Program-made: the position numbers and the translations under genes
Shown: piece after piece, positions 63,529-64,000 of the stretch
How the letters are laid out: each line of letters opens with the position of its first letter
How positions within the stretch are numbered: position 1 is the first letter of the stretch
DNA from: Somniosus microcephalus
Taxonomy: Eukaryota
NCBI GenBank assembly: GCA_052327205.1
Contig: CM126222.1
Location: forward strand, 49,538,001-49,602,000
Length of the DNA stretch: 64,000 nt
Direction: 5' to 3'
The notes under the pieces: generated by a model
Databases searched by the model: none
Seen by the model: only the letters and a program-made list of their open reading frames with translations
What the model was told of the DNA's origin: nothing

Positions 63529-64000
63529 CATAGAAACATAGAAGATAGGAGCAGGAGTAGGCCATTCGGCCCCTCGAGCCTGCTCCGCCATTCAATGAGA
63601 TCATGGCTGATCATCCAAATTCAGTACCCTGTCCCTGCCTTCTCCCCATATCCCTTGATCCCTTTAGCCTTAAGAAATATATCCAACTCTTTTTTGAATA
63701 TATTTAATGAACTGGCCTCCACCGCCCTCTGTGGCAGAGAATTTCACAGGTTCACCACTCTCTGGGTGAAGAAATTCCTCCTCATTTCAGTCCTAAATGG
63801 CTTACCCCTTATCCTTAGACTATGACCCCTGGTTCTGGACTCCCCGGCCATCATAAACATCCTTCCTGCATCTAGTCTGTCCAAGCCTGACAGAATTTTA
63901 TAGGTTTTGATGAGATCCCCTCTCAATCTTCTAAACTCCAGTGAGTATAAGCCCAATCGACACAATCTCTCCTCATACGTCATTCCTGCCATCCCAGGTA
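63529..64000 (-). mobile_element. Young CR1 (HER1-like) 3' end, runs off the window
   Basis: Near-identical to 60267-60740 and to the reverse complement of 5820-6296. Confidence 0.95.

Overview
Eukaryotic genomic DNA from a cartilaginous fish (shark-type HE1/HER1 and SacSINE1 retroposons). The whole window appears to lie inside one + strand gene, an RBFOX-family splicing factor whose peptide best matches RBFOX3/NeuN. Five coding exons with canonical AG/GT borders (22054-22107, 28615-28707, 39641-39701, 43922-43975, 58553-58685) splice in frame to [133 protein letters not shown] did not find the flanking exons, which are presumably outside the window. The introns are filled with CR1/L2 LINEs, tRNA-SINEs, PIF/Harbinger elements and MITEs, a Penelope fragment with a hammerhead motif and a 184-bp solo LTR. 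There is no CRISPR array, rRNA or prokaryotic system. The strongest leads are splicing-level: a candidate 4-nt microexon frame-equivalent to the B40/M43 exons, TGCATG autoregulatory sites at the 93-nt RRM exon, other candidate cassette exons, and a ~235-bp-arm inverted duplication. All candidate exons are sequence-only predictions. Repeat family names come from my recall of consensus sequences, not from a database search.
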